A stretch of 64,000 nucleotides of DNA from Candidatus Omnitrophota bacterium (GTDB lineage: Bacteria > Omnitrophota > Gorgyraeia > Zapsychrales > Fredricksoniimonadaceae). Every line of letters begins with the position of its first letter. Positions within the stretch are counted from its first letter, which is position 1. The notes below the pieces were generated by a model that saw nothing but the letters and a program-made list of their open reading frames with translations, did not search any database and had not been told where the DNA came from. The stretch spans positions 8,492 to 72,491 of the forward strand of contig JADFXH010000004.1 in the NCBI GenBank assembly GCA_015233675.1, read 5' to 3'. Position numbers and translations under genes: made by a program. Positions 38,136 to 47,562 of the stretch are shown here, in pieces.

Positions 38136-38228
38136 GAAAGGATTTTCCTCTTTTAACCTGAATTATATCCTATATATATGTGAATATTTGAATATAAGGA
38201 TAATATCAGAAAGAAAATGTAATGTCAA

Positions 38229-40193
38229 TTATGGAAGCGTTAAATTTTCCTCAGGAGATATGTCCTTTTTTAAAAGCAAGATCCCCAAAGGCGGAATTGT
38301 TAACGGCAACGAATATGGCTTGCCATGACAGGCTTTAGGCTCTGCCTCCAGGCCTCCTCCATTGCCCTGATTACTACCCCCGTATACACCCGCATCGGAA
38401 TTTAGAATTTCTTTCCAATAGCCCTCTGTAGGAACGCCGATTGAATACCCTTTCCACGTCGAAGGAGTAAAATTACATACAGCCAGCACAACACTCTGCC
38501 CATCCGCTGATTTGCGTAAAAAACTAATAATGCTGTTTTGATAATCTCCGAAATCAATGAATTCAAAGCCCTCCGGGACAAAATCCCTTTCAAATAAGGC
38601 CCGTTCGTTACGGTAGCAATAATTTAAATCCTTGACCCATTTTTGAATGCCCTGATGCGGAGCATATTGCAAAAGATGCCACTCAATACTGTGTTCGTGT
38701 TTCCATTCGGCCCATTGGGCAAGTTCCGCTCCCATAAAATGAAGTTTTTTCCCAGGATGGGCAAACATATACCCCAACAACAAGCGCAAATTAGCTAATT
38801 TCTGCCATTTGTCTCCGGGCATTTTTCCTGCTAAAGCACCTTTTCCATGCACAACTTCATCATGGGACAAAGATAATAAAAAATTCTCTGAATAAGCATA
38901 TAAAAATGAAAACGTCAGATCATTATGATGATATTTACGGTAAATCGGGTCTTTGGACATGTACACAAGAGTGTCATGCATCCAGCCCATGTTCCATTTC
39001 ATGCCAAACCCAAGCCCGCCAACAAAAGTCGGACGGGACACACCTCCCCATGCGGTTGATTCTTCGGCAATCATCTGGGTATCAGGGAAATTGGCATAAA
39101 TAGTTTCATTAAGCTTTCGAATAAAGAAAATGGCTTCTATGTTCTCCCGTCCGCCATACTGATTGGGGATCCAAGCATCTCCTCGGGAATAGTCCAAATA
39201 AAGCATGGAAGCGACAGCATCCACGCGCAGGCCGTCCGCATGAAACTTGTCCATCCAAAACATAGCTGAAGAAATTAAAAACTCCCTCACCTCATTGCGC
39301 CCATAATTAAAAATGGAACTCTTCCAATCAGGATGATACCCTTTTCTTGAATCCGCATGTTCAAATAGATGCGTACCGTCAAAATATACCAGTCCATGTT
39401 CATCGGTAGGGAAATGCGACGGCACCCAATCAAGGATAACACCTATACCGTGCTGATGAAGACAATCCACTAAATACATAAAATCTTGAGGAGTGCCAAA
39501 ACGGCTGGTGGGAGAAAAATAACCTAAAGTCTGATACCCCCAAGAGCCGTAAAACGGATACTCCATCACCGGCAAGAATTCGACATGGGTATAGCCCATA
39601 TACTCCAAATACTCAGGAAGCTCAACAGCCAGTTCCCTATAGGTCAAAGGACGATGGCCTTCTTCCACAACCCTTTTCCATGAACCTATATGCATTTCAT
39701 AAATGGATATTGGCGCATTGAGACTATTGTTTTGATGACGGTCCTTCATCCATTGAGTATCGCGCCACTCATAATCAAGCTGCCAAACAATAGACCCGAA
39801 ATGCGGAGCAACTTCATTATAAAAAGCGAAAGGATCCTGCTTCTCCACCTTATAATGACCATTACCGGAAGTAATGAAATATTTATATACTTCGCCTTTA
39901 TTCAAATCCGGAATAAAACCTTCCCAAATACCTGAAGAATTCCAGCGAAGACTTAAAGGGTGAGATTCTCTCTGCCAATTATTAAAATTACCTATAACCG
40001 AAACTTTTTTAGCGTTGGGCGCCCAAACAGCAAAATGCACACCTGAGCGTCCATCAACGACTGTCAGATGGGCCCCTAGCTTCTCATAAAGTTTAAAATG
40101 GTTGCCCTCTTTAAAAAGATGGGTATCGTGATCTGTAATAAAAGGATCCGGTTTTATAATTGCCAGCTCATTCATAAGTGGTCCTGTTTCCAT
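38229..40193 (-). CDS. glgB: 1,4-alpha-glucan branching enzyme (GH13)
   Basis: GH13 regions DWVPSHF, GLRVDAVASMLY, IAEESTAW, LSHDEVVHGK. An alternative ATG at 40175 forms an ATGA overlap with the upstream stop. Confidence 0.92.
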   Translation of the reverse strand: METGPLMNELAIIKPDPFITDHDTHLFKEGNHFKLYEKLGAHLTVVDGRSGVHFAVWAPNAKKVSVIGNFNNWQRESHPLSLRWNSSGIWEGFIPDLNKGEVYKYFITSGNGHYKVEKQDPFAFYNEVAPHFGSIVWQLDYEWRDTQWMKDRHQNNSLNAPISIYEMHIGSWKRVVEEGHRPLTYRELAVELPEYLEYMGYTHVEFLPVMEYPFYGSWGYQTLGYFSPTSRFGTPQDFMYLVDCLHQHGIGVILDWVPSHFPTDEHGLVYFDGTHLFEHADSRKGYHPDWKSSIFNYGRNEVREFLISSAMFWMDKFHADGLRVDAVASMLYLDYSRGDAWIPNQYGGRENIEAIFFIRKLNETIYANFPDTQMIAEESTAWGGVSRPTFVGGLGFGMKWNMGWMHDTLVYMSKDPIYRKYHHNDLTFSFLYAYSENFLLSLSHDEVVHGKGALAGKMPGDKWQKLANLRLLLGYMFAHPGKKLHFMGAELAQWAEWKHEHSIEWHLLQYAPHQGIQKWVKDLNYCYRNERALFERDFVPEGFEFIDFGDYQNSIISFLRKSADGQSVVLAVCNFTPSTWKGYSIGVPTEGYWKEILNSDAGVYGGSNQGNGGGLEAEPKACHGKPYSLPLTIPPLGILLLKKDISPEENLTLP

Positions 40194-41875
40194 TTCTCAG
40201 CGTATTGCTTGAGCCAATTTTCCCGGGCCCATTCATAGCCAACATCACGCCCGGCTTTCTCGCTCTCACACCATTTATGTTTTTCAATTTCCTGAATAAC
40301 TTCCGGAATGCTGAGTAAGTCCTTTATCGAACAACTGTGAGTGTCCGGCTTGGGGGCTTTGCCCTCAGGTTGTTTTGAAACACTTTGAGGAGATTGAAAA
40401 ACCCGCGCCGTATTGACGGAGCCTTGAAGCGGTGCGGACGTCTTTCCCTTTTCAATGACTTCCATACCTCTGCGGCAAAGCTCCCTGGCGTAATCCGTCC
40501 ACACGCCCTGACCCCAGTAACGAAAACAGCTTGTTTGAGACAAAAGAAGATACAGCATGGCTTCCTTATACGAGCGTGAAGTCAGGTCTGTATTTTTTTG
40601 ATCAAATTTCTCATGAAAAGCCGCGCTCAATTGGTTAATGGGATCCATAACATGCTCGTATCCTTTAACCCAATTACGGTCGCTGGTCCATGAACCTTTA
40701 TCAAGGTTAAATGAATTATCCTGCTTTTGAAGCTCTTGTATTGCCCTGTTCACGGATTGCGGTTCGAATTTCTTAACCTTTTCCCAAATGCGATGCTGAG
40801 AGATCGGCTGTACCGGCGTGAAATCAGCAGAATTGATACCCATCTCTTCTAAAAATTCCAGATATTCTGAACCATTCAAAGCAACCGTACCTTCCGTGGA
40901 AATGCTTTGAATAGATTGAGTGTACATGGGGGGAAACTCATTCATCATCACACCGCCATTTTCACCGTCACCGATCTGACAAACAAACGGAGGGATCAGC
41001 TTCCCGCAATACTCCCGTCTGGACAGCCCGCGCGCCTCTGATAAAGGCTGCATTTGGGCAACAAGCTTTGTATCAGACCCCTGGGTTTTAATAAGGACAG
41101 TGATCTCTTGAGTTTGCCCCAGGGAATTTCTTGCGACAAGCTTATGAGGGAAATGAGGATTATTTATGCTGCGGCCGTTAAGATTTTCAATGGTATGTTC
41201 CTGCACCATAAGCCACTCATAACCGCATTCCTTTAACGCTTTGACATATTCGAAGCAGACATCCGGATGGATAGGTAAATGCATCTCAGGCGCGGAAAAT
41301 CCTTTAATGCGCTCCTCTGCCTCTTTTCCAAAAATGGAAGCAAAATGATGACGGAATGCCGATATATGAAGCTTAATATCCGGCACTGGTGTGGACGTAA
41401 CCACAGAATGCGACCACATTGTCCCAAGCCATTCGACGTAGGGATAATAAAACTTATCACAGGTGATTTTCTTTAAATTTTCAAGCGCTTCTCCCCCATT
41501 GATCTGGCGCATCCCCCAAAGAAGATTACCGGAATAATCCAACATGATACGGGGACTTTTCCCTTCTCTAACCAAGTCGGGTATAATCCGGGACAATCGT
41601 TGGTAACAATCAAAAAATACTCCAGCATTGTGATTATCGCCTATTCCCTGATTTTCAAACATGTTCTGCAGGTTTGAAACCAGATTAGCATGGCGCAGAT
41701 CCCCGCCTCCGGCCGGAATTGTCGGCTGATGCATGTGAAGCGCGATACCAAAAGAGGACCTTACTTTTTTAAAATCGACATTTGAACAAACCCTGTACAG
41801 ATTTCTTTTCTTTATACCGTAAGATTCATTCGCATCGGGATAAATATTGGGCAAATTATCGATAATATCACTCAT
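40172..41875 (-). CDS. GH57-like glycoside hydrolase with a C-terminal KWCESEKAG module
   Basis: GH57-type blocks IALHMHQPT, GFSAPEMHLP (Glu), QIGDGENGG (Asp). The last ~55 aa (…IQEIEKHKWCESEKAGRDVGYEWARENW…) resemble the standalone ORF 47563..47808. Confidence 0.7.
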   Translation of the reverse strand: MSDIIDNLPNIYPDANESYGIKKRNLYRVCSNVDFKKVRSSFGIALHMHQPTIPAGGGDLRHANLVSNLQNMFENQGIGDNHNAGVFFDCYQRLSRIIPDLVREGKSPRIMLDYSGNLLWGMRQINGGEALENLKKITCDKFYYPYVEWLGTMWSHSVVTSTPVPDIKLHISAFRHHFASIFGKEAEERIKGFSAPEMHLPIHPDVCFEYVKALKECGYEWLMVQEHTIENLNGRSINNPHFPHKLVARNSLGQTQEITVLIKTQGSDTKLVAQMQPLSEARGLSRREYCGKLIPPFVCQIGDGENGGVMMNEFPPMYTQSIQSISTEGTVALNGSEYLEFLEEMGINSADFTPVQPISQHRIWEKVKKFEPQSVNRAIQELQKQDNSFNLDKGSWTSDRNWVKGYEHVMDPINQLSAAFHEKFDQKNTDLTSRSYKEAMLYLLLSQTSCFRYWGQGVWTDYARELCRRGMEVIEKGKTSAPLQGSVNTARVFQSPQSVSKQPEGKAPKPDTHSCSIKDLLSIPEVIQEIEKHKWCESEKAGRDVGYEWARENWLKQYAEKWKQDHL

Positions 41876-41878
41876 GAT

Positions 41879-43615
41879 CTACCTCCCTGCTGGAAGTTTC
41901 CCCAGAAGTTTTCGAGACTTCGCACGCGGTAAGGCTAGAGGAAAACGTACGGCATCCCCTTTAAGCATGCGTTGAATCGAATTTTGTTTTTCTAAATAAT
42001 ATTTAACACAATTCATGCTCCAAAACACATTATCTCTATCTTCAATTTCTTTAAGCCAGGTTTCGTCTATAGAGTCCTTTTCTAAACTATTTAATAATTT
42101 ATAAAACCGGTTTAAATGCACCTTCAATCTCTTTTCTGCATAAGCAACCATCGTACCCGCTTTCATGATAAATGGCCAGTCGCTGGATTCGGCTAAAAGA
42201 AGTTCGCGCGCGGCCTGGTTAAGGGCCCTGTAACGCAAAGCGGATTTATATATATTGTTCCTGAAATCACCTTTGATCAAATCGGAATTCCTTAGCGCCA
42301 AATCTTTCATAAGCCGTCCGGCTTCATGAAGATAAGGATAAACCCAACTGTTTGAGCCCTCGAGCCAAAACTCACTGAATCCCTTATATCCCCAGCTTGA
42401 TTGGCTGGGCATGGCCACTTGATTGGTTGAATACTCTTTCAAATACTCAGAAGGAGTGATCATTTCGATGGTGTTTTGGTCATAAAAAATCTTTCTGGCT
42501 AAAAAATCGATCCATTGAGGACCTTCAAACCACCAATGGCCGAATAATTCCGCATCATAAGGCGCGACAATAACCGGTTTACGGCCCATCTGATGGAAAA
42601 AATGTTCAATTTGTTTCTGGCGGTTAAAAAGGAAATTCCCTGCATGCACCGCGGCCTTCTCTTTGGCCCGTTGCGGCTGATAAGGCTCTTTATATTGTGT
42701 ATTACCGCTAATGCGCCAATACTTGATTCCCGTATTAATGCGGATGCCATCGGGATGGATATAAGGTTTGATGTATTCAAAATCCAGCGTAAATCCGATA
42801 TCACGGTAATATTCACGATAGTCCGGATCGCCGGGATAACCTTCCTGCGAACTCCATACCTGTTTAGAAGATTCCCAGTCCCGTCCGAAAGCAGCGACCC
42901 CGCTGGGACAATAAACAGGAGCATAAACACCAAATTGCGGCTGTGGATCGGCATTCATGATCCCATGGGAATCACAAAAGAAATATTTAATCCCTGCTTC
43001 TTTGAGCAGACGATCCAGGCCAGGATAAAAGCCGCATTCAGGAAGCCATATCCCTTTGGGGGTCATGCCAAAATGATTACGGTATTGGTCTATTCCAATT
43101 TCAATCTGTGCCCTGACGGAAGTTTCGTTGATATTTAAATTCGGCAGAAAACCGTGTGTCGCGCAACAAGTAATGATCTCCAGGAACCCCGCTTCCTGAA
43201 ATTTCTTAAACGCGTTAATTAGATTTTTCTGATAATGATTAATAAAGACGTCACGGGCATCCACAAACCGGTTGTAATACATCAGGGCCAGGCCGTGATA
43301 CTGCGGATCGTGTGACGTGCGGTCCAATTCTTTTTCTGCCAGTTCAATAAGCTTGTTAATATGACGCACGTAGCGGTCCTGCAACAGAGGGTCGACCATC
43401 ATGGCGGCCAGTGTCGGGCTGATCGACATGGTCACGCGAAAATCAACATCATCGCCTACCAACGATTCAAAAACCCGGATCAAAGGTATGTAGGTCTCGG
43501 TAATGGCTTCAAACAGCCAGTTCTCCTCGAGAAAATAATTTTCTTCCGGATGGCGGACAAATGGCAAATGAGCGTGAAGGACAAGAGCAAGATACCCTTT
43601 TGGCTTTTTATCCAT
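41879..43615 (-). CDS. GH57-type alpha-glucan branching enzyme-like protein
   Basis: LVLHAHLPFVRHPE, GIWLPECGF, APYDAELFGHWWFEG, plus a helical C-terminal domain, as in GH57 branching enzymes. Confidence 0.85.
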   Translation of the reverse strand: MDKKPKGYLALVLHAHLPFVRHPEENYFLEENWLFEAITETYIPLIRVFESLVGDDVDFRVTMSISPTLAAMMVDPLLQDRYVRHINKLIELAEKELDRTSHDPQYHGLALMYYNRFVDARDVFINHYQKNLINAFKKFQEAGFLEIITCCATHGFLPNLNINETSVRAQIEIGIDQYRNHFGMTPKGIWLPECGFYPGLDRLLKEAGIKYFFCDSHGIMNADPQPQFGVYAPVYCPSGVAAFGRDWESSKQVWSSQEGYPGDPDYREYYRDIGFTLDFEYIKPYIHPDGIRINTGIKYWRISGNTQYKEPYQPQRAKEKAAVHAGNFLFNRQKQIEHFFHQMGRKPVIVAPYDAELFGHWWFEGPQWIDFLARKIFYDQNTIEMITPSEYLKEYSTNQVAMPSQSSWGYKGFSEFWLEGSNSWVYPYLHEAGRLMKDLALRNSDLIKGDFRNNIYKSALRYRALNQAARELLLAESSDWPFIMKAGTMVAYAEKRLKVHLNRFYKLLNSLEKDSIDETWLKEIEDRDNVFWSMNCVKYYLEKQNSIQRMLKGDAVRFPLALPRAKSRKLLGKLPAGR

Positions 43616-44690
43616 CGAACTCCTTTAACAGCTTTGGAAAATCAATTGTTTTTTCACGTTCAACGCGCGTATAGATATGACGCTCTTCAACACCGTCTGA
43701 AGATTGGGCGATAAATTTAAGAGAGATTTCACCGTCAGGAAGAGAGTAGCGTAAAGAGAATGTCCCGTCAGGGTTTAATTGGATCCCCTTTTGACCAAGC
43801 CAGACAGCCGCATCGGGCTCGGTTCTGCCATGAACAATCAACTCCGTCCAAATTTCAAAGAAGAACTTTCTCTTGTTTAATCTTCCTTCACTCGATTGCG
43901 CCTGAGAGCTAAATAGGTTTTCACTGGCACCTTTTTTCTCTAATCCCGGCTGGGAAGAACCCGGATGAGTGCGTGTTATCAAATCAGAAATAGTAATTAG
44001 AGGACGGACTTTTTGCCAAGACCCTCCTCTAAATCGTCCTTTTAGGATGTCTTCAAGTGAAGGGGCATTGCCCATACCCCTGAGCCTCCTTTTGCCTCTT
44101 CTTGAAACTCTGGAAAAAAGCTTCATATAATAAGCCCGAATGTCTTGGGCCGTTAAATAGTGGATCCTTGCCTTTTTAGTTTTCTTGGCCAAGTGCGATT
44201 TTTTTCCTGATAACTGCTGCTTGATAGCGATGTTTTCTTTTAGATAGGGCAGGGATTCACTGTGGGCTTTAATATCCTGCCAAATTAAATCATCCCTCTT
44301 CGAGGAAGATTTAGGAGGCGTGCGCACGATGTTAGACCGCGTCAGAGGGATAAAATGATCTTCACCGCAACTAACACCTAGCTCGGCACAGTAATCCGCG
44401 TTGTCTTGCCATACATGAATATACCAGTCTTTGGTTGAAAAACCCACATCCAGATCCCAGGTATGATTCGCATTTGAACCGTTAAAATCTATAAGAGTAA
44501 TATCATAAACGCGAAGAACAAGCCGGGAGTCCCCGCTTTCGAACTTAAGCTGATTACGGGCCCTGTCAATATCTTCCCCGGTGTAATCCCAATAAGCGTA
44601 AATAAAATTAGGGTCCCTGGGGATAAGAACACAATGGGTACGGGGCTCTAAGACGGGAAGATCTGTTGAGTCAAAACTAGATTGTGGCAT
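43608..44690 (-). CDS. DUF4912-type protein
   Basis: N-terminal LIPRDPNFIYAYWDYT block typical of DUF4912. Basic, low-complexity middle region. 8-nt overlap with the downstream GH57 gene. Confidence 0.7.
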   Translation of the reverse strand: MPQSSFDSTDLPVLEPRTHCVLIPRDPNFIYAYWDYTGEDIDRARNQLKFESGDSRLVLRVYDITLIDFNGSNANHTWDLDVGFSTKDWYIHVWQDNADYCAELGVSCGEDHFIPLTRSNIVRTPPKSSSKRDDLIWQDIKAHSESLPYLKENIAIKQQLSGKKSHLAKKTKKARIHYLTAQDIRAYYMKLFSRVSRRGKRRLRGMGNAPSLEDILKGRFRGGSWQKVRPLITISDLITRTHPGSSQPGLEKKGASENLFSSQAQSSEGRLNKRKFFFEIWTELIVHGRTEPDAAVWLGQKGIQLNPDGTFSLRYSLPDGEISLKFIAQSSDGVEERHIYTRVEREKTIDFPKLLKEFDG

Positions 44691-44701
44691 ACCAGTACCC
44701 T

Positions 44702-45859
44702 TTAACTATAAATGGTAAGAGTTTCGTCAGCAATAACATCCCATGAAAAAGCTGTCTCAACAGTTATTCGGCCATTATTCCCCATCCATCTGGCGTGATC
44801 AAAATCCCCAAAAACTTCCGTGATCCCCCAAGCGATGGACTGGGAATTGTCCTGAATTTTCAACCCGTTGACATCATGCCAAATAATTTCATTAGGCCCG
44901 CCATTGATCGTGGCAATTACAGGTTTTCCTGCACACCAAGCCTCCAGAATAACGATGCCAAAAGGCTCATTACGGCTGGGAACACATACGCAGTCAGTGG
45001 CCTTAAGAAGGTCTCTGACAGCCAAAGGGTTTTTCTTGCCTAAAAAACGTGTCGCGTGAGATACTCCCATGTTGCAGGCCTGTTGTTCAACTTCATGGCG
45101 CATTTCCCCATCACCCGCAAAAACAAACTTGGCATTAGGATAATCGTTTAAAATATAAGGGATAGCACCAACGAGCAAATCCGGCCCCTTTTGGTAAACC
45201 ATGCGGCCAACAATAAGCACCATGGGATCCATGGGGCCAATCCCGTACTGACATCTGACATCCCCGGGGTCAACCCAGCTATCAAAATCTGAATAAGAGA
45301 CACCGTTATAAATAACATCCGTTTTAGACTCAGGGATGCCATAAATCCACATAGCTTCGTTTTTCAAAGCATTAGATACGGTTATGACATGGTCACTGCA
45401 ATAGGTTCCTAACCACTCCAAGTGACGGATACGCTGGGAGTTGCCTTCAAAGAAATTATTTCCACAGCGGCCATATTCCGTTGAATGAATGGTAAAAATG
45501 GTGTTGTGGCGCCTTACTTTATTGATCCATTCCAGGGCCTGGGCAGTCAGCCAGTCGTGCCCGTGGACCACATCAAATGGGCCGATATAATTCTCTGTCG
45601 CAAGGAAATTGTCCACAAAAGAACGACACATATTTGCGACTTCTTCTATAAAGTCAGAATTGCCAACATATGAGCAACGATGATAATGAACGCCATGGAC
45701 ACACTCATAATGCAGGTGATCATGATACGCCATACGCGTAAAGACATGCACTTCATGGCCTTTGCGCTCCAAGGCACAGGCCAGCTCAGTGATATGAACA
45801 CCTATCCCTCCCACAAACACTGAATGGACCGCTTCCCAGGAAAATAATGCAATTCTCAT
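44702..45859 (-). CDS. Glycogen-synthase-like GT-B glycosyltransferase (GT4/GT5)
   Basis: MRIALFSWEAVHSVFVGGIGVHITELA N-terminus, E-x7-E region NEPFGIVILEAWCAG. First gene of the glucan operon. Confidence 0.75.
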   Translation of the reverse strand: MRIALFSWEAVHSVFVGGIGVHITELACALERKGHEVHVFTRMAYHDHLHYECVHGVHYHRCSYVGNSDFIEEVANMCRSFVDNFLATENYIGPFDVVHGHDWLTAQALEWINKVRRHNTIFTIHSTEYGRCGNNFFEGNSQRIRHLEWLGTYCSDHVITVSNALKNEAMWIYGIPESKTDVIYNGVSYSDFDSWVDPGDVRCQYGIGPMDPMVLIVGRMVYQKGPDLLVGAIPYILNDYPNAKFVFAGDGEMRHEVEQQACNMGVSHATRFLGKKNPLAVRDLLKATDCVCVPSRNEPFGIVILEAWCAGKPVIATINGGPNEIIWHDVNGLKIQDNSQSIAWGITEVFGDFDHARWMGNNGRITVETAFSWDVIADETLTIYS

Positions 45860-45902
45860 CTCTAACCCTTTGTTAATAAAAGAGTAATATAAAGGAGATT
45901 TG

Positions 45903-45930
45903 ATTATAGCAAAACTTTTTAATATTACAA
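45903..45930 (-). promoter_or_regulatory. Putative sigma70-type promoter of the glucan operon
   Basis: Minus strand reads TTGTAA-N16-TATAAT (-35 at 45930..45925, -10 at 45908..45903), about 45 nt upstream of the ATG at 45859. Confidence 0.4.
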
Positions 45931-45966
45931 TTTATTTTCAACAGCCAAGGTAAGTTTCTCGTGTAT

Positions 45967-46051
45967 CGTCATGCTGAGCGCAGCGAAGCATCTTAAAGTC
46001 AATTATATTCGAACTTTATGATCCTTCGCCCCTAAGTAGCTCAGGATGACG
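45967..46051. repeat. Long imperfect palindrome (gtcatSctgagc type) downstream of arsR
   Basis: cgtcatgctgagcgcagcgaagcatcttaaagt … actttatgatccttcgcccctaagtagctcaggatgacg. The arms pair over about 35-40 nt with bulges. Confidence 0.6.
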
Positions 46052-46084
46052 GTGTTCTTACCGGACAATTCAAGGGTAAAACTG

Positions 46085-46414
46085 TCAATCTTTCCCTAGT
46101 GTAACCAGCATTTTTTCGGAAGCTTTAAATTTTTTGCGGAGCATCACTGCGATGGGACGTAAAACAAAGTAAATATCATGATCTGCTATATTGTAATATA
46201 CTGTCGTCTTTTCTTGCCGTGAGGATAAAACTCCTGCATTACGCAAAGCAAGAAGATGGCGGGAAATGCTTGACTGTCCGATCTTAAATTTGTCTACAAG
46301 GCATCCTACACTCTTTTCTCCGTGTTTAAGCTCTTCAATCAGTTTTAAACGTACAGGATGTCCCAAAACCTTCAGAAAATCTGCTTTAATCTTATAAATT
46401 ATATCTTGTGACAT
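46085..46414 (-). CDS. ArsR/SmtB-family transcriptional regulator
   Basis: 109 aa. LKVLGHPVRLKLIEELKHGEKSVGCLV winged-HTH pattern. Confidence 0.85.
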   Translation of the reverse strand: MSQDIIYKIKADFLKVLGHPVRLKLIEELKHGEKSVGCLVDKFKIGQSSISRHLLALRNAGVLSSRQEKTTVYYNIADHDIYFVLRPIAVMLRKKFKASEKMLVTLGKD

Positions 46415-46458
46415 AGGAAAATATTATTATCTTTGTGCAGACATGGGAGCCTTTTAAA

Positions 46459-46968
46459 TTAGCCAATGCCTCCCACCTTCTTGTTTTTCATTATCATGTA
46501 CTGAACCAGAGCTTCATTAGATTGACGCAATCTTCTGGCCGTCTCTCTCGCAATATTAAGGATCAATATACCAAACACTTCCGGGTCTGTTTCAAAGATG
46601 CTTAATAAACTGCCGGGCTCCAATACAATTAATTCTGTTGGTTTTACAGCCAATGCGCTTGATGAATGAGATTGGATCCCAATAACCGAGGTCTCCCCAA
46701 AACAATCTCCCTGCCTAAAAGAAATTAATTCTAAAAATACATCTTCATTATCAATCACCATCTTAACTTCGCCTTGCTTGATAATATAAATGTAGCTTGA
46801 AGCATCCCCTCTTTTATATATAAATTCACCTTCACCATACTTGACGGTCTTTAGTAATTTAAATACTTCCTGAAGTTGACTGTTGTTTAAACTGCCAAAT
46901 ACAGAAATTTTATTTAAAAGGGCGCTGACTTCGTCGATAGCGATTAGCGGATAATATACTTTTTCCAT
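46459..46968 (-). CDS. Cyclic-nucleotide-binding domain protein (no DNA-binding domain)
   Basis: cNMP-binding beta-roll (…GEFIYKRGDASSYIYIIKQGEVKM…FGETSVIG…). I prefer the ATG at 46968 (MEKVYY…) because the ORF-track start overlaps slyD. Confidence 0.8.
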   Translation of the reverse strand: MEKVYYPLIAIDEVSALLNKISVFGSLNNSQLQEVFKLLKTVKYGEGEFIYKRGDASSYIYIIKQGEVKMVIDNEDVFLELISFRQGDCFGETSVIGIQSHSSSALAVKPTELIVLEPGSLLSIFETDPEVFGILILNIARETARRLRQSNEALVQYMIMKNKKVGGIG

Positions 46969-46972
46969 TAAC

Positions 46973-47464
46973 TTAACAACTGCCCTCCCCGCCGCATTCA
47001 TGGCCGTGGCCCGTACCATGCACATGGCCATGGGCCAACTCTTCTGCAGTGGCCGGTCTTTTATTGACGATCTCAACCGTAAAGGTCAAGTCTTCTCCGG
47101 CCAATGGATGATTACCGTCTAAGGTTATCTCATCACCATTAATGGCAGTAATGGTGACCGCCGAAAAACTGCCTCCTTGCCCCACTTCAAACATATCACC
47201 GATTTTAATTTCTGGAGCAGGCAGTTTGGAACGATTGACTTTATAAACCAACCGCTCATCATAAATCCCATAAGCCTCTTTGGCCTCAACGGTTACTGTT
47301 TTTTTCTGGAGAGGCTGCATTTCTGACAAAATAGATTCCAATCCCGAAATGATCTGGCCCCTGTCAGTAATAAATATCAAGGGCTTGCCCTTGGTGGAAG
47401 CATCAATGACTCTGCCATCTTTGGCAGTTAATACATAATCAAAAGAAATCACCTGATTGCTCAT
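46973..47464 (-). CDS. slyD: SlyD-type FKBP peptidyl-prolyl isomerase with a His/Cys-rich tail
   Basis: FKBP plus IF-domain layout (VISFDYVLTAKDG…GNHPLAGEDLTFTVEIV) and metal-binding tail HGHVHGTGHGHECGGEGSC. Confidence 0.85.
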   Translation of the reverse strand: MSNQVISFDYVLTAKDGRVIDASTKGKPLIFITDRGQIISGLESILSEMQPLQKKTVTVEAKEAYGIYDERLVYKVNRSKLPAPEIKIGDMFEVGQGGSFSAVTITAINGDEITLDGNHPLAGEDLTFTVEIVNKRPATAEELAHGHVHGTGHGHECGGEGSC

Positions 47465-47490
47465 AAATGTTCCTTATATGGGAGGTTAAA

Positions 47491-47548
47491 ATAAGAATGA
47501 CGGACACTTTTAAAAAAAACTTGCGTGTAAAAGCGTCCGTCATCTTAT
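47491..47548 (-). terminator. Hairpin between the small KWCESEKAG ORF and slyD (possible terminator/attenuator)
   Basis: Arms ataagaatgacggacactttta / taaaagcgtccgtcatcttat (about 20 bp, one bulge, one mismatch). On the minus strand only a short TTT follows. Confidence 0.4.
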
Positions 47549-47562
47549 TCCATCGCCTTTAT

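Noticed and set aside
45860-46084. Possible tRNA or other small RNA gene in the 225-nt gap, and likewise in the gaps at 16200..16457, 36343..36576 and 38041..38228
   Set aside because: I found no cloverleaf-compatible acceptor or T-arm pattern. The gaps are explained by palindromic hairpins, promoter-like AT-rich sequence and repeat fragments.
46973-47464. SlyD as a nickel-insertion factor for the nearby hydrogenase-like complex
   Set aside because: The complex has no Ni site. SlyD lies 24 kb away in a different operon beside ArsR and CDF genes, so a general metal or chaperone role is more likely.
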